From a virus (Duplodnaviria > Heunggongvirae > Uroviricota > Caudoviricetes): a stretch of DNA of 64,000 bases. The position numbers and the translations under genes were made by a program. Positions 7,877 through 17,245 of the stretch are shown here, one piece after another. The notes beneath the pieces were generated by a model that saw only the letters and a program-made list of their open reading frames with translations, had not been told where the DNA came from and did no database searches. How positions within the stretch are numbered: the first letter of the stretch is position 1; the number at the start of each line of letters is the position of its first letter. The stretch is from positions 37,871 to 101,870 of IMG/VR virus record IMGVR_UViG_3300045988_154997; one strand, given 5' to 3'.

Positions 7877-9195
7877 TCTTTATCTCCGATTCGATCTTCG
7901 GTATCGCGTAAGCAACGCGGCCATTTCAGTCGTGGGTGGCGTAAGCTGCCATCAGGTGTTTTCTCGTGACAATGAACCTCGACAATACGACCACGGTACT
8001 TCTCTTTGTTGTTCCAGATCTCGTCCAGATATTTATGCTTAATGCCGCTCGCACGAACGATGACGCCGTTTTCAAGACGAATAACAATTTTCCCAAGCGT
8101 GTTGGCAAAACCAGAGTCCGGGTCGCCCGGCTCAAAATCGATAATTTCACCATCTTCTGAATCTTCGTCTTTTAACTTCCACCAGCTGCGGGTACGTTTA
8201 AACTCGTAAACAGAGTTCGGATCTTTGCCCATCTCCCCTTCTTCGTTATCGTCCAGGCGTTTCATGAAGCGTTCGATGAAGTCTTCGTGGCTATGGATGA
8301 TGTAGAACGGATGCAGGTGAATGTCTTGTGCGTAGCCTTCACTGCGATCGTTTTTGAACAACGCCACGAGCATAGCCAGGCGCTCTTTCAGCTTCATACC
8401 TGTCTTTGCATACTCTTTGGATTTAGCCTGTGCTCGCCATTCCGGTAGGAAGAAGTCGAAAACATGATAAATAGCGCCAATTGCCTGCACGTTCTTTTTG
8501 CGCAATGCAGATACGGACTGGTTAAATGAACCGGCTGTGCCTTCACCATCGAAGAAGATGTGTTTGTGGCCTGAAAGTTTGCCTAATTCGAGCATGGCTG
8601 GCTTTAGGTGATCGAGAGACGTGATTGGATTACCAGTACGAGAAAGGAAGTTAACCTCTTCTTCGTCAACAATAACCTCGCAAATTACTCGCAAACCATC
8701 GAGCTTAAGGCTGCCAATCATCGGCCATTTTGCTTTAGGGTTTGGCTTGAAGGGGTATTTGTCGCCTTTTTCTTTATACGGTGACGCCAGCTGCACCTCG
8801 AATTTCGGAATGGGATTTTCAAAAACCTTGTTGCATAGGCTAATCCCAACGCCAGCTTTCGGATCTTTTAAGAGGAAACGACGGAAGACGTCCTGCCCAT
8901 CGGCGCACATTGACGCCACGATAGACTCAACAGCAGCTATTGCTGCGTTCCCCGTCAGCTCGCGAGAGGCCAGCTTATTCAGTACATCAATGGCTTTTTC
9001 GTCACTTGGGACGGACTCACTAAGCGGCTCTGCCACTTTGTATTTCTTTACCCCAAAACGGATGAAAGGGTTGAGCATCAATGAAACCATGCTTTGTTCA
9101 AAGTCATCCATGTTGGCCAATGCCTCTTTTTTTGCATTGGTTCCCATAGCTTTCATTTCGTCCAGCTTATGCTTAAGTGCGATCAACTTTTTCAT
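7873..9195 (-). CDS. ATP-dependent DNA ligase
   Basis: Adenylation motif I KLDGLR (SLKLDGLRVICEV); C-terminal GSLRHPRLKWPRCLRDTEDRIGDKE typical of ATP-dependent ligase OB-domain ends. Confidence 0.8.
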   Translation of the reverse strand: MKKLIALKHKLDEMKAMGTNAKKEALANMDDFEQSMVSLMLNPFIRFGVKKYKVAEPLSESVPSDEKAIDVLNKLASRELTGNAAIAAVESIVASMCADGQDVFRRFLLKDPKAGVGISLCNKVFENPIPKFEVQLASPYKEKGDKYPFKPNPKAKWPMIGSLKLDGLRVICEVIVDEEEVNFLSRTGNPITSLDHLKPAMLELGKLSGHKHIFFDGEGTAGSFNQSVSALRKKNVQAIGAIYHVFDFFLPEWRAQAKSKEYAKTGMKLKERLAMLVALFKNDRSEGYAQDIHLHPFYIIHSHEDFIERFMKRLDDNEEGEMGKDPNSVYEFKRTRSWWKLKDEDSEDGEIIDFEPGDPDSGFANTLGKIVIRLENGVIVRASGIKHKYLDEIWNNKEKYRGRIVEVHCHEKTPDGSLRHPRLKWPRCLRDTEDRIGDKE

Positions 9196-9662
9196 TGTTG
9201 TTTTGCCTCCATATGTTGATCGATTTGCTCATGTGTTTCTTTTGTTGTTTCTTCAATCAACGCCGCATACACGTCAGTGATCGCTGTTTGTGATGTGGCG
9301 CTCTTCTTAACCATGCTATTAATCGTTACACTGTCACGTTTTCGTTTTATAGTTCTGGCTTGTTTATTCCGTTCTTCAACCTCCTTAATGAGTGCGGTCA
9401 TATCTTCGTAATACAGAGATTCTCCTTTACGAATCTCTTCAACCATCATTTTTAACGCCTTGCATTTGCCTGCTTTAATAGCGGTTGCGCACGACTGGAA
9501 AGACGTTCGAGGAAGACGGTTTTCTTTGAAGGCAAGAATGGTGTGCTGGCAAACGGAGTAGCTGCAATATGCCGACTCACCGTTTATCTTTACTTCCTCA
9601 CAACGAAGTGAATAACCGTTATTTCCTGAAATAGAAGGGATTTTTGACAAATCAGCTTTCAC
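9192..9662 (-). CDS. Cys-rich hypothetical protein
   Basis: 156 aa with clustered cysteines (YCSYSVC, SCATAIKAGKC); overlaps the ligase start by 4 nt. Confidence 0.45.
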   Translation of the reverse strand: MKADLSKIPSISGNNGYSLRCEEVKINGESAYCSYSVCQHTILAFKENRLPRTSFQSCATAIKAGKCKALKMMVEEIRKGESLYYEDMTALIKEVEERNKQARTIKRKRDSVTINSMVKKSATSQTAITDVYAALIEETTKETHEQIDQHMEAKQQ

Positions 9663-9684
9663 AATTACCGCCAGAAATAATCTT

Positions 9685-9700
9685 GTGCTTACCTATCATT
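9685..9700. promoter_or_regulatory. dispersed motif copy GTGCTTACCTATCATT
   Basis: Exact 16-mer shared with 3563-3578, in the intergenic region between minus-strand genes. Confidence 0.4.
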
Positions 9701-9729
9701 ATTTGCGTAAAAAACGACACACAGAGAGC

Positions 9730-10512
9730 TTACCAACTTCCCCAGCTAATCATCTTGCGCTGATCGCTTTCTAAGCGATAGGGGGCAAGAAGCTCTGTGA
9801 CATGATTGGTGGCGTATGATTTGGCCTCTTGCTCTATCATCGGTAATTCGTTAGCAATCCTGACCATCTTCCCAGCAAATTCCGCCATTACGCCATCACA
9901 CGCCTTACCCGCATCAACAATGATATGCACAAGATCCAACTGGCTTTTGCACATGTCCCAAAGAGTCGAATATTCGCTCTCCCTGATTAGATTTACAGCA
10001 TCATTAGCCCCTTTATTAATCAAAACCTCCAACAGATTTGTCGGGGTGACGAAATCGGCTTTCAGAGACAATGTTGGTTCAGCTTTTACCGACAGCAAGT
10101 AATCTTCAAAGTTTTGCTTGTCTTCCAGCAAAGCTAAACTACGCATAGCTCGAATTGATTCTCGAATAACGGCTTCAATATGTTCGTCACCTGGAGGACA
10201 GATAATGGTATCTGTATAGATGACTCTGCCATCAAACCACGTCCCAACCTGCACTTTTAGAGTTCGTAAGTTTTCTTTGCGTACAAAAACAACTAATGCA
10301 GAACGTCGTGCATGTGCAGGTTCGCCCCATACGCACAACTTAACCTTCAGATAAGGTAGCCCCGGTAGCGGGATCTCGACCAAACGAGTGGCGATATGAT
10401 CCATTGCCGTATTGACGGCTTTTCCAATGATGTCTAGCCGATTGCTCTCGCTGATTTCTAAACCAGTTTTATCAATGATGTTGCAGGCTAATCTCTTAAT
10501 TTCTTCTTTCAT
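9730..10512 (-). CDS. hypothetical protein
   Basis: 260 aa ORF, no motif recognised. Confidence 0.45.
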   Translation of the reverse strand: MKEEIKRLACNIIDKTGLEISESNRLDIIGKAVNTAMDHIATRLVEIPLPGLPYLKVKLCVWGEPAHARRSALVVFVRKENLRTLKVQVGTWFDGRVIYTDTIICPPGDEHIEAVIRESIRAMRSLALLEDKQNFEDYLLSVKAEPTLSLKADFVTPTNLLEVLINKGANDAVNLIRESEYSTLWDMCKSQLDLVHIIVDAGKACDGVMAEFAGKMVRIANELPMIEQEAKSYATNHVTELLAPYRLESDQRKMISWGSW

Positions 10513-10553
10513 ACCAACTCCTAGCTAACGGATGAAAGTATTCTTACAAAAAC

Positions 10554-10580
10554 TTAAGTATGTATATACTTATCATTTTA
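10554..10580. promoter_or_regulatory. dispersed motif copy TAAGTA-tgtata-TACTTA + TCATTTTA
   Basis: Palindromic motif in the intergenic region upstream of the 9730..10512 gene. Confidence 0.35.
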
Positions 10581-10637
10581 GGTGCAATAGTTCTTTATAC
10601 TAAGATGCCGGGCGTATCCGCAGCCCAGCATTCACCT

Positions 10638-11051
10638 TTAATGAGCTACAGCCTCACTGTTGCACATCTTTCTGTAGACCTGCTTATAACGCTGTAAATC
10701 ATGAGGATCATTAGGTGCCAACGACTTCGATAGGATTTTGTATACCACCCCTTTTGAAAACATGCCCTTTGGCTTCATTTCGAGTTCAACAACATATGAG
10801 TGATAGCCCACGTATGCACCAAAGCCATTTTTGGCGTTTAATTCACCACACACAAAGCCTGTCACACTCCCATCATCATGATCAGTCCTGACAAACTTAT
10901 CTTTCCTAAACATCACCGACGTGGGATCTTTCATATCATCCGCAATTGCCTGTTGGCCCAGAGTAATAGCCTTCTCGTCTGTAGGCTTACACCCAACTAA
11001 TGCAAACAAAGACAATAAAGCACCTGTTAAAATCAACTTCTTTTTGCTCAT
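10638..11051 (-). CDS. lipoprotein (hypothetical)
   Basis: Signal peptide with lipobox MSKKKLILTGALLSLFALVGC. Confidence 0.55.
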   Translation of the reverse strand: MSKKKLILTGALLSLFALVGCKPTDEKAITLGQQAIADDMKDPTSVMFRKDKFVRTDHDDGSVTGFVCGELNAKNGFGAYVGYHSYVVELEMKPKGMFSKGVVYKILSKSLAPNDPHDLQRYKQVYRKMCNSEAVAH

Positions 11052-11284
11052 TTTGACTTCCCTTTATTTATATTTATCGTAGGTATTAGTTAACCAAAAC
11101 ACGAGCCGTGTCACAATAATTCCATAGCTCATTATTTCCATCGGTGATTAATATCACATCAACTTTACAGTTCATAAATTAAATTATCAAAGCTGACAGA
11201 TTAACTAAATTTAAGTACCCTTTTCGCACACTTGACGCTTGCCGCGTCTAAACTGTTCATCCTATATCAACAGAACAAAAAAAC

Positions 11285-12430
11285 ATGAAATACATAAAAT
11301 CTTCATCGTTGCTGGCATTAACTTTGCTTTTTAACTCTGGATTCGTTAACGCAGACAATAAACAAACGCTGATAGAAGCCGCTACCGCAGGGGATACCGC
11401 AGCACAAAGTGAGTTAGGTACAAATTATTTTGATGGTGTCAATGGTTTTGATAAGGATGTAGTTGAGGCCAAGAAGTGGATTGATCTAGCTGCAGAAAAG
11501 GGAGATAAAGTAGCATATTATGCACTTGGAGTTATGTACACATTTGGCGAGGGTGTAGATAAAGACCTAAATAAAGCTGTTGAGTACTACAAACTTGCGG
11601 GGGATGCTCGTGAAGGTAGAGCCTACAACAATCTTGGTGCTATTTATCAAAAGGGGATGCTTGGTAAAGTAGATCATGCACTCGCCATTAAATACTTCAA
11701 ACTAGCCTCTGATGCCGGGTATGTTAAAGCAACTTCAGTTCTTGGGGCGTATTACCAATATGGTAAAGGCGTTAAAAAGAATTATAAAAAGGCTTTTACT
11801 TATTACAAAAAGGCGGCAGACCAAGGCAGTTCAGAAGCTATGATAGGATTAGGAATACTATACGATGATGGGTTAGGCGTTAAACGCAATGATGCAGAAG
11901 CAGTTAAGTGGTATAAAAAGGCAGCGGAACTTGGAAACGCCGACGCCATAACCAATCTTGGCATTATGTATGAGAATGGGGAAGGTGTAAAAAAGGACTA
12001 TAAAAAAGCAGCCGACCTTTATCAGACTGCTTGCGATAAAGGAGAAAAAAGAGGCTGCGATTACATTGCAGAACTGAAAGAAAGCGGCAAATATCGAGCG
12101 CCGGCTTCCAAAGCCAAAACAAAATCCGCCACCCAGCGACTTATTGCTAAATCCATTGATAAGGGCGTTAACGCTACATTTACCTGGCAGGGTGATGATG
12201 CTACCTTCACCGCTAATGATGGCAAAGTTGACTGCACCTTCCTGAAGGATTTTTCAGAGAAAGGAGGCAATCTGGCTACCTCGTTTGTTTGCACCGACAA
12301 CGTTCAAATCATCCTGAAGCAATTCAGAGATACCAAGAATGCCTACCTCGCGGTAATGACTGACAACTTCAACACAGAAGTTAAATCATTTTCGGTCAAT
12401 GTGTACGTGACTAATACTGGTTCAAACTAA
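11285..12430 (+). CDS. secreted Sel1-repeat (TPR-like) protein
   Basis: N-terminal signal peptide; several Sel1-type repeats (AxxGxxxAxxxLGxMYxxGxGVxKDxxKAxxWYKKAAxxG). Encoded opposite to its neighbours. Confidence 0.75.
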   Translation: MKYIKSSSLLALTLLFNSGFVNADNKQTLIEAATAGDTAAQSELGTNYFDGVNGFDKDVVEAKKWIDLAAEKGDKVAYYALGVMYTFGEGVDKDLNKAVEYYKLAGDAREGRAYNNLGAIYQKGMLGKVDHALAIKYFKLASDAGYVKATSVLGAYYQYGKGVKKNYKKAFTYYKKAADQGSSEAMIGLGILYDDGLGVKRNDAEAVKWYKKAAELGNADAITNLGIMYENGEGVKKDYKKAADLYQTACDKGEKRGCDYIAELKESGKYRAPASKAKTKSATQRLIAKSIDKGVNATFTWQGDDATFTANDGKVDCTFLKDFSEKGGNLATSFVCTDNVQIILKQFRDTKNAYLAVMTDNFNTEVKSFSVNVYVTNTGSN

Positions 12431-13675
12431 TGCTGCTATGCCTTTTACCTTGCTTAAAAGTTCAAGCTGTCGTGAGTAAGGTTTTGCGCAATAGTAGGCT
12501 TTGATAATCTGCCCCGGGGTCGCATCGCCGGGGTCGAGTCCTTCCTCGCCCAAACATGCAATTTTCACATTAAGACCGATACTGGTCAGTCGCCTGGCTG
12601 CGGCCATAGTGTTTCGTATAGCTTGCTTTTCACTATCCCACATCATGATCACATTACGTAATCCACGCGCCTTGAGCGTCAGGAACGCGCCCAACTGATC
12701 TTCTGCATCCTGAGTGGTGTTACCAGATAGATGCATCCCGAACGTTCCTATTGGTTCCACGTAATCGCGTAATGTTTCTTCGTCAAAAATAGCTCGTTTG
12801 ACCCCCATAACATCGAACGCCCCCTCACAGACAACTACAGTCTGTTTGCCGACTGCATTGTGGCCGTTGTAGAGAAACTTACCTGAAGCTGGAAGCTGCA
12901 TAGGAAAGAGGTAGCGGCGTTCTGCTGTACCGGTAATGTCTCGTCCTTGAAATGTCTTCATTACCCCATCCAGATCGTAAACCGGTATCAGTATTCGCAT
13001 ATCGAAAATCTGTCCTTTAACCTGATCTGTATACGGATCTACATAAGCGTGCTTGCCTTCGACGCAGTATCGTAGGTCAAAATACTTTGCCATTTCAGGC
13101 GATATATTTCGTTCAACCAGATAGTCTGGAAGATGGCCATCTATAGGAAGATCGTAATGACGAGGGAGTGCAACTGGTCCCTCTAACTCGACTGTGCTTG
13201 CAAGCACTATCTCTTCTTTCTTTGGTGCCCACCCCTGGGAAAGAAGAGCGTTCTGCACATATTCCTCGAACTGTCGTCGTGATTTACCGCTGTAGTGCTT
13301 GAGGAAGACCAGCTTATTGAACTGAATCTCTTCGGGATGATCACCAGCGAAGCATTTACCGACGCCACTGGTCAGATTGAAATATACCTTCCAGTTGGAG
13401 CTGCCGCATACCGGACACTCCTTGATATTCACTTCACGACCGCGAGTACTCACGCCTCCACGTCGATAAACGATACCTTCAGTATCCAACCATTGTTCAA
13501 AATCTAATTCGGTAATTAGCTCTTTCAGCTCGCTCACGATAATTCCACTTTTAACAGGCAATATTGTGACCAACCTAAATGTTGATATAACATAAAGGCT
13601 CATGTGTTTTTCTTTTGTGGTTTGGCAAAAGAAAAGTTGTTTCACCAATGAATCAAGCGTGGAGGTGTTCTCCAC
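12422..13675 (-). CDS. DNA primase (zinc-binding + TOPRIM)
   Basis: CPVCGSSNWKVY...GKCF zinc-ribbon; TOPRIM-like VVVCEGAFDVMGV. Start uncertain (GTG at 13675; internal candidates at 13606 and 13537). Confidence 0.7.
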   Translation of the reverse strand: MENTSTLDSLVKQLFFCQTTKEKHMSLYVISTFRLVTILPVKSGIIVSELKELITELDFEQWLDTEGIVYRRGGVSTRGREVNIKECPVCGSSNWKVYFNLTSGVGKCFAGDHPEEIQFNKLVFLKHYSGKSRRQFEEYVQNALLSQGWAPKKEEIVLASTVELEGPVALPRHYDLPIDGHLPDYLVERNISPEMAKYFDLRYCVEGKHAYVDPYTDQVKGQIFDMRILIPVYDLDGVMKTFQGRDITGTAERRYLFPMQLPASGKFLYNGHNAVGKQTVVVCEGAFDVMGVKRAIFDEETLRDYVEPIGTFGMHLSGNTTQDAEDQLGAFLTLKARGLRNVIMMWDSEKQAIRNTMAAARRLTSIGLNVKIACLGEEGLDPGDATPGQIIKAYYCAKPYSRQLELLSKVKGIAALV

Positions 13676-13684
13676 GCTTATTTT

Positions 13685-15025
13685 TTAGGTAACGTCTAAG
13701 ATTCGCTCAATGAAGCGCATTTGTTCGAGGTTTTGTTTAACGCGAATGCTGATCCCTCCCTGCTGGTTACGCGAACCAGCAAAGTAGAGACGAGCCTCTC
13801 CTTTCGCTTCTTCTTCTTCGGTTTTGTTGATCGTTATTACCAGGTCAGCAATACGTACTTTTTCGATGTTGTCGGCAGCGTGCATCATTGTGGCAACTTC
13901 TGACGCGCCACCTTCACGGTTTGTTTGCGACGCCGTGATACCAGCAACGTTATGCTTGTCATAAAGAGCACGTAAATCGGTGTAGATACTACGAATGTTG
14001 GCGCGATCATCACGAAGGTCATAACTGGCACGCATCAAATCTGCGTAGTCGACAACAACCATGTCAGGCACCATGCCGTTGGCTTTCATGCTGTTAAGCA
14101 TACGGTCCAGATCTGCCGGTGACATACTTCCTGACGGACGCTCAACCACCCACAAACTACCAATCCCCTTCGTGGCTCCCAACTCTGCCAACTTACGATG
14201 AACCTCATCGCGCCGTTCCACCAGCTTGGACATTTCTGTCTCCGACAATCTTGCATCAAAACGGTCGGATAAAATGGTGGTGTGAACCTCCAGCGAGAGA
14301 TACAGAACATTGTAGCCAGCAAGCGTTGCGTTTATGGAAAACTCACCCATTGCGGTCGATTTGCCGGATTTAGCGAACCCCATGAAGAGCACCATTTCAC
14401 GCTTCGCCCAGCCTTTTTGGTACAGCAACCTATCGAGCAGAGGGAGTCCAGTTGTAATGCTGTTTGGCACATACTCCTCTGAAGCCTCATATTCACGCGC
14501 TTTCAATCGCTCACTTGCGGAGGTGTAGTAGTCATAGATTCCGGTCGCTTCGTTCGAGCCTATCTGCTGAACCTTGGCCATGATTGCCATCGCCCCCTGA
14601 AAGTCGCCCTTCTCTTTCAGTTCAGCAGCTTTAATCAGAGCATCATCAAACGCTACACTTTTTGCGAATGTGGATACCTGGTCAACCATGTACGAGGTAT
14701 CAGACAATTTTTCTGCAAGGATGCGCTTAAACGCAGCAACAACATCCGGGAAGAGTTCCTCACGGATGGTCTTATCGCGTTTCGCGCGCTTAAGCATATC
14801 CAGAATCGCAGATGAAGAAGGCGCGCTCTTGTACATACGGTAATAGCCCGAAACCATATTAACCAATATGGCATTGGCCGCATTGGCAAATTGGCTAGGC
14901 ACAACCAGATCTCCCGCACGAGTAAGAAACTCGTGATCACGACAAAAATATGCCGTCAGTCTGTTCTGGAAATCTTCATCAAACTCTTCGGACAGCCCGC
15001 GTCCTGTATGGCAAAGTTCGGTCAT
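13685..15025 (-). CDS. replicative DNA helicase (DnaB-like)
   Basis: Walker A GFAKSGKST, Walker B VVVDYADLM, ASQTNREG; RecA-like C-terminal domain typical of the DnaB/gp41 family. Confidence 0.85.
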   Translation of the reverse strand: MTELCHTGRGLSEEFDEDFQNRLTAYFCRDHEFLTRAGDLVVPSQFANAANAILVNMVSGYYRMYKSAPSSSAILDMLKRAKRDKTIREELFPDVVAAFKRILAEKLSDTSYMVDQVSTFAKSVAFDDALIKAAELKEKGDFQGAMAIMAKVQQIGSNEATGIYDYYTSASERLKAREYEASEEYVPNSITTGLPLLDRLLYQKGWAKREMVLFMGFAKSGKSTAMGEFSINATLAGYNVLYLSLEVHTTILSDRFDARLSETEMSKLVERRDEVHRKLAELGATKGIGSLWVVERPSGSMSPADLDRMLNSMKANGMVPDMVVVDYADLMRASYDLRDDRANIRSIYTDLRALYDKHNVAGITASQTNREGGASEVATMMHAADNIEKVRIADLVITINKTEEEEAKGEARLYFAGSRNQQGGISIRVKQNLEQMRFIERILDVT

Positions 15026-15044
15026 GTGCTTTCCTTTGTTTTTT

Positions 15045-15075
15045 AAACAAATTGTTTTCTAGTATTAGTTAATTA
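15045..15075. promoter_or_regulatory. conserved promoter/operator element (AACAAATTGTTTTCT...TTAATTAG)
   Basis: One of 8 copies of AACAAnTTGTTTTCT, here ~20 nt upstream of the helicase start. Confidence 0.45.
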
Positions 15076-15818
15076 GATAGGGGATCAATAAACCGCCGTG
15101 CTTCTTCCAGTTCTTCTGGAAAGTGGGCGGAAATAAGGCGCTCTGGAACGATTTCCATTAGCCAGATAGCAGAGAAAATTGCGCGTATGCGCTTGCTGCG
15201 GGGGATGATGCGCAAACGCTCCAGAATCCACTCAAAATAGCTTTCCTGAATCGGGTTGAACTGCATGTCTCCCATATGCTTAAAGCTAACCAGAGAGTCA
15301 TCCAGACGGGTTGTTGCGCGTCTGGATAATTTCTCTTCGAATATCTCAATCAGTTCTGGCTGCCATAAATGCTGTGGGCGCGGCAACTTGTCCCACAGAC
15401 GCCGTGCAGCTGCGGAAAGAACCGTGGAGATAAAGTAGTCGTATGAACAGCAATAGCGATCAGCAAACTGGCGTGCTTTCCATAGCGACGTTTTATTGGC
15501 AGTCGACAACTCCTGATAAGGCAGGCGTTTTAACCCGGTGGTGAACGGAGCTGTTTCAAAGTGTTCGCGACCGTGCGTCAGCATGATATTTGAGTACTGA
15601 CGTTTGTATGCCTCCGTAAAAAGACAGGTGGCCATGAGAGGATGCATGTCGCGGTAATCAAACCACTTCGTCTCGAAGAGTTCAGCCTCGTCATTGCAGC
15701 GCGACAAACCAATGTTTTCAGCGACCCACTTGTCCATAACAGCGGTATTCCACTCTGTCATGAAGTCGTACTGGTCGTTGTCAATGGTATCAAAAAAGAT
15801 TTGGCTCATGTGGCTCAC
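15069..15818 (-). CDS. hypothetical protein
   Basis: 249 aa ORF directly upstream of the helicase; no motif recognised. Confidence 0.45.
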   Translation of the reverse strand: MSHMSQIFFDTIDNDQYDFMTEWNTAVMDKWVAENIGLSRCNDEAELFETKWFDYRDMHPLMATCLFTEAYKRQYSNIMLTHGREHFETAPFTTGLKRLPYQELSTANKTSLWKARQFADRYCCSYDYFISTVLSAAARRLWDKLPRPQHLWQPELIEIFEEKLSRRATTRLDDSLVSFKHMGDMQFNPIQESYFEWILERLRIIPRSKRIRAIFSAIWLMEIVPERLISAHFPEELEEARRFIDPLSN

Positions 15819-15819
15819 C

Positions 15820-15840
15820 TGATAGGTAGTTACTTACTTA
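15820..15840. promoter_or_regulatory. dispersed motif copy (reverse orientation: TAAGTAAGTAACTACCTATCA)
   Basis: Lies ~10 nt upstream of the start codon of the 15069..15818 gene on the minus strand. Confidence 0.35.
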
Positions 15841-15927
15841 TTGCAATGAGCGGATGATAGCGACTGGTGGCAGTTTTTGGAAGTGGAAACGGAAGGGAAT
15901 GTGTCTGGGAAGTTGGCATAGAAAAAG

Positions 15928-15985
15928 ACCTGCTTCCGTATAAATAATAATAAGTAACTTAGTATTTATATACAGAAGCAGGTTC
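15928..15985. repeat. ~58-bp palindromic element (CCTGCTTCCGTATA...AT-rich core...TATACAGAAGCAGG)
   Basis: 14-bp GC-containing arms around an AT-rich core with TAAGTAACTTAGTA; a paralogous element sits at 49989-50045. Confidence 0.5.
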
Positions 15986-16006
15986 CAAATTCAACCAGCA
16001 GGATGC

Positions 16007-17203
16007 TTAAACATCTTTTAGAAAGCCTGGAAACCAATGTTTCATGATATACCTAAAATGTGCTCTAGTTGGTTCAAAAACCTGTCTAGATACCAGCGCT
16101 CCATCAGGATGATTCTGAACAGACTGTTCTTTTTCCATATCGTAAAAATTATGAGTTATCTCTGGGGGGAAGAAAATATTTCTGTCCAGTGGCACTGTCG
16201 CAAAAGGATTGTAGTAAATATGAAGGCCGTCAAAGTGCGTCTCTTCATGAGCAGTGGAATGGCAAACTACAATATCCGCACCAGTGACTTCGTTATTTAA
16301 AAAATGCCGATATGTAGTGATGAAATGATCAGGACCTATCCTTTGTGTGTGCTTTCCCTCGTTTTTCATCCCTTCATTGGCGATGAAATCATTCACATCA
16401 ATGGCTCGATATCGTGTTGACCTTACATATCTACCGATACCGCTTTGAACCACGGCTTTTCCAAAAGTGCCGGTGGTGGAGAAAATAACCGCACTTATTT
16501 CTTTATATGAGTCGTTAGTAAATATACCTAATGGAATTTCAACGTCTTCATTCTTTTTGATTGAGGTAACTTTAGTTTGGCTGCCAGTCACCAAATTTCT
16601 GGTGGTAGGTTCCTCAATGCCAAACAACACTCGATTGATGATTGTGTTATTTTGAGACAATGATAAATCGGAGTCAAAGGGTGCAAGCGCCAGAACAAAC
16701 GGCTTATTAACTACATGAGACATCGTAGAGTACGGGAATTTTTTGCCATTAACTCCTGTAAAAAGATCATGTTTGTCTTTGATTTTTCCGATTAATTTTA
16801 GCGTTGATTGATGTTTGAATTTTGATTCGCTAAAAAGAGCACCTGCAGGTGGATTATGTGGCCGATCTGATATCACAGCTTCGACGTTAAACTGGTAGCC
16901 TGACGGTGTAGTAACACAGAAATCGGGACTGTCTTTTGTGTAGTCGACAGAATAATCGAGACGAATAAACATTTCGTTCAGATACAATTCCCATAAGGCG
17001 GAATTGAAGGTTGTCTGAAACTCTTTAACGAATTTAGTCTGCTCACCGCTACGCTCCAGTAACCCACGCCCCCACGACTGTATCACTTCTCTTACTGGAG
17101 CATATGTATTATCTTGATAAATCTGTTTAAAAGATTCGTGCAGCTTGTTTTTTGCTATTTTGGTTGAGAACAAATCCATTATTAGCCTCACTAACCAGTT
17201 CAA
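16007..17203 (-). CDS. hypothetical protein (398 aa), partner of the DUF2971-like gene
   Basis: Long ORF, moderately AT-rich, no motif recognised; immediately downstream of the DUF2971-like gene on the same strand. Confidence 0.45.
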   Translation of the reverse strand: MNWLVRLIMDLFSTKIAKNKLHESFKQIYQDNTYAPVREVIQSWGRGLLERSGEQTKFVKEFQTTFNSALWELYLNEMFIRLDYSVDYTKDSPDFCVTTPSGYQFNVEAVISDRPHNPPAGALFSESKFKHQSTLKLIGKIKDKHDLFTGVNGKKFPYSTMSHVVNKPFVLALAPFDSDLSLSQNNTIINRVLFGIEEPTTRNLVTGSQTKVTSIKKNEDVEIPLGIFTNDSYKEISAVIFSTTGTFGKAVVQSGIGRYVRSTRYRAIDVNDFIANEGMKNEGKHTQRIGPDHFITTYRHFLNNEVTGADIVVCHSTAHEETHFDGLHIYYNPFATVPLDRNIFFPPEITHNFYDMEKEQSVQNHPDGALVSRQVFEPTRAHFRYIMKHWFPGFLKDV

Positions 17204-17245
17204 TAAGAAAAGCGCCCAACATAATCATTTGAGGAAAGTCTGGAG

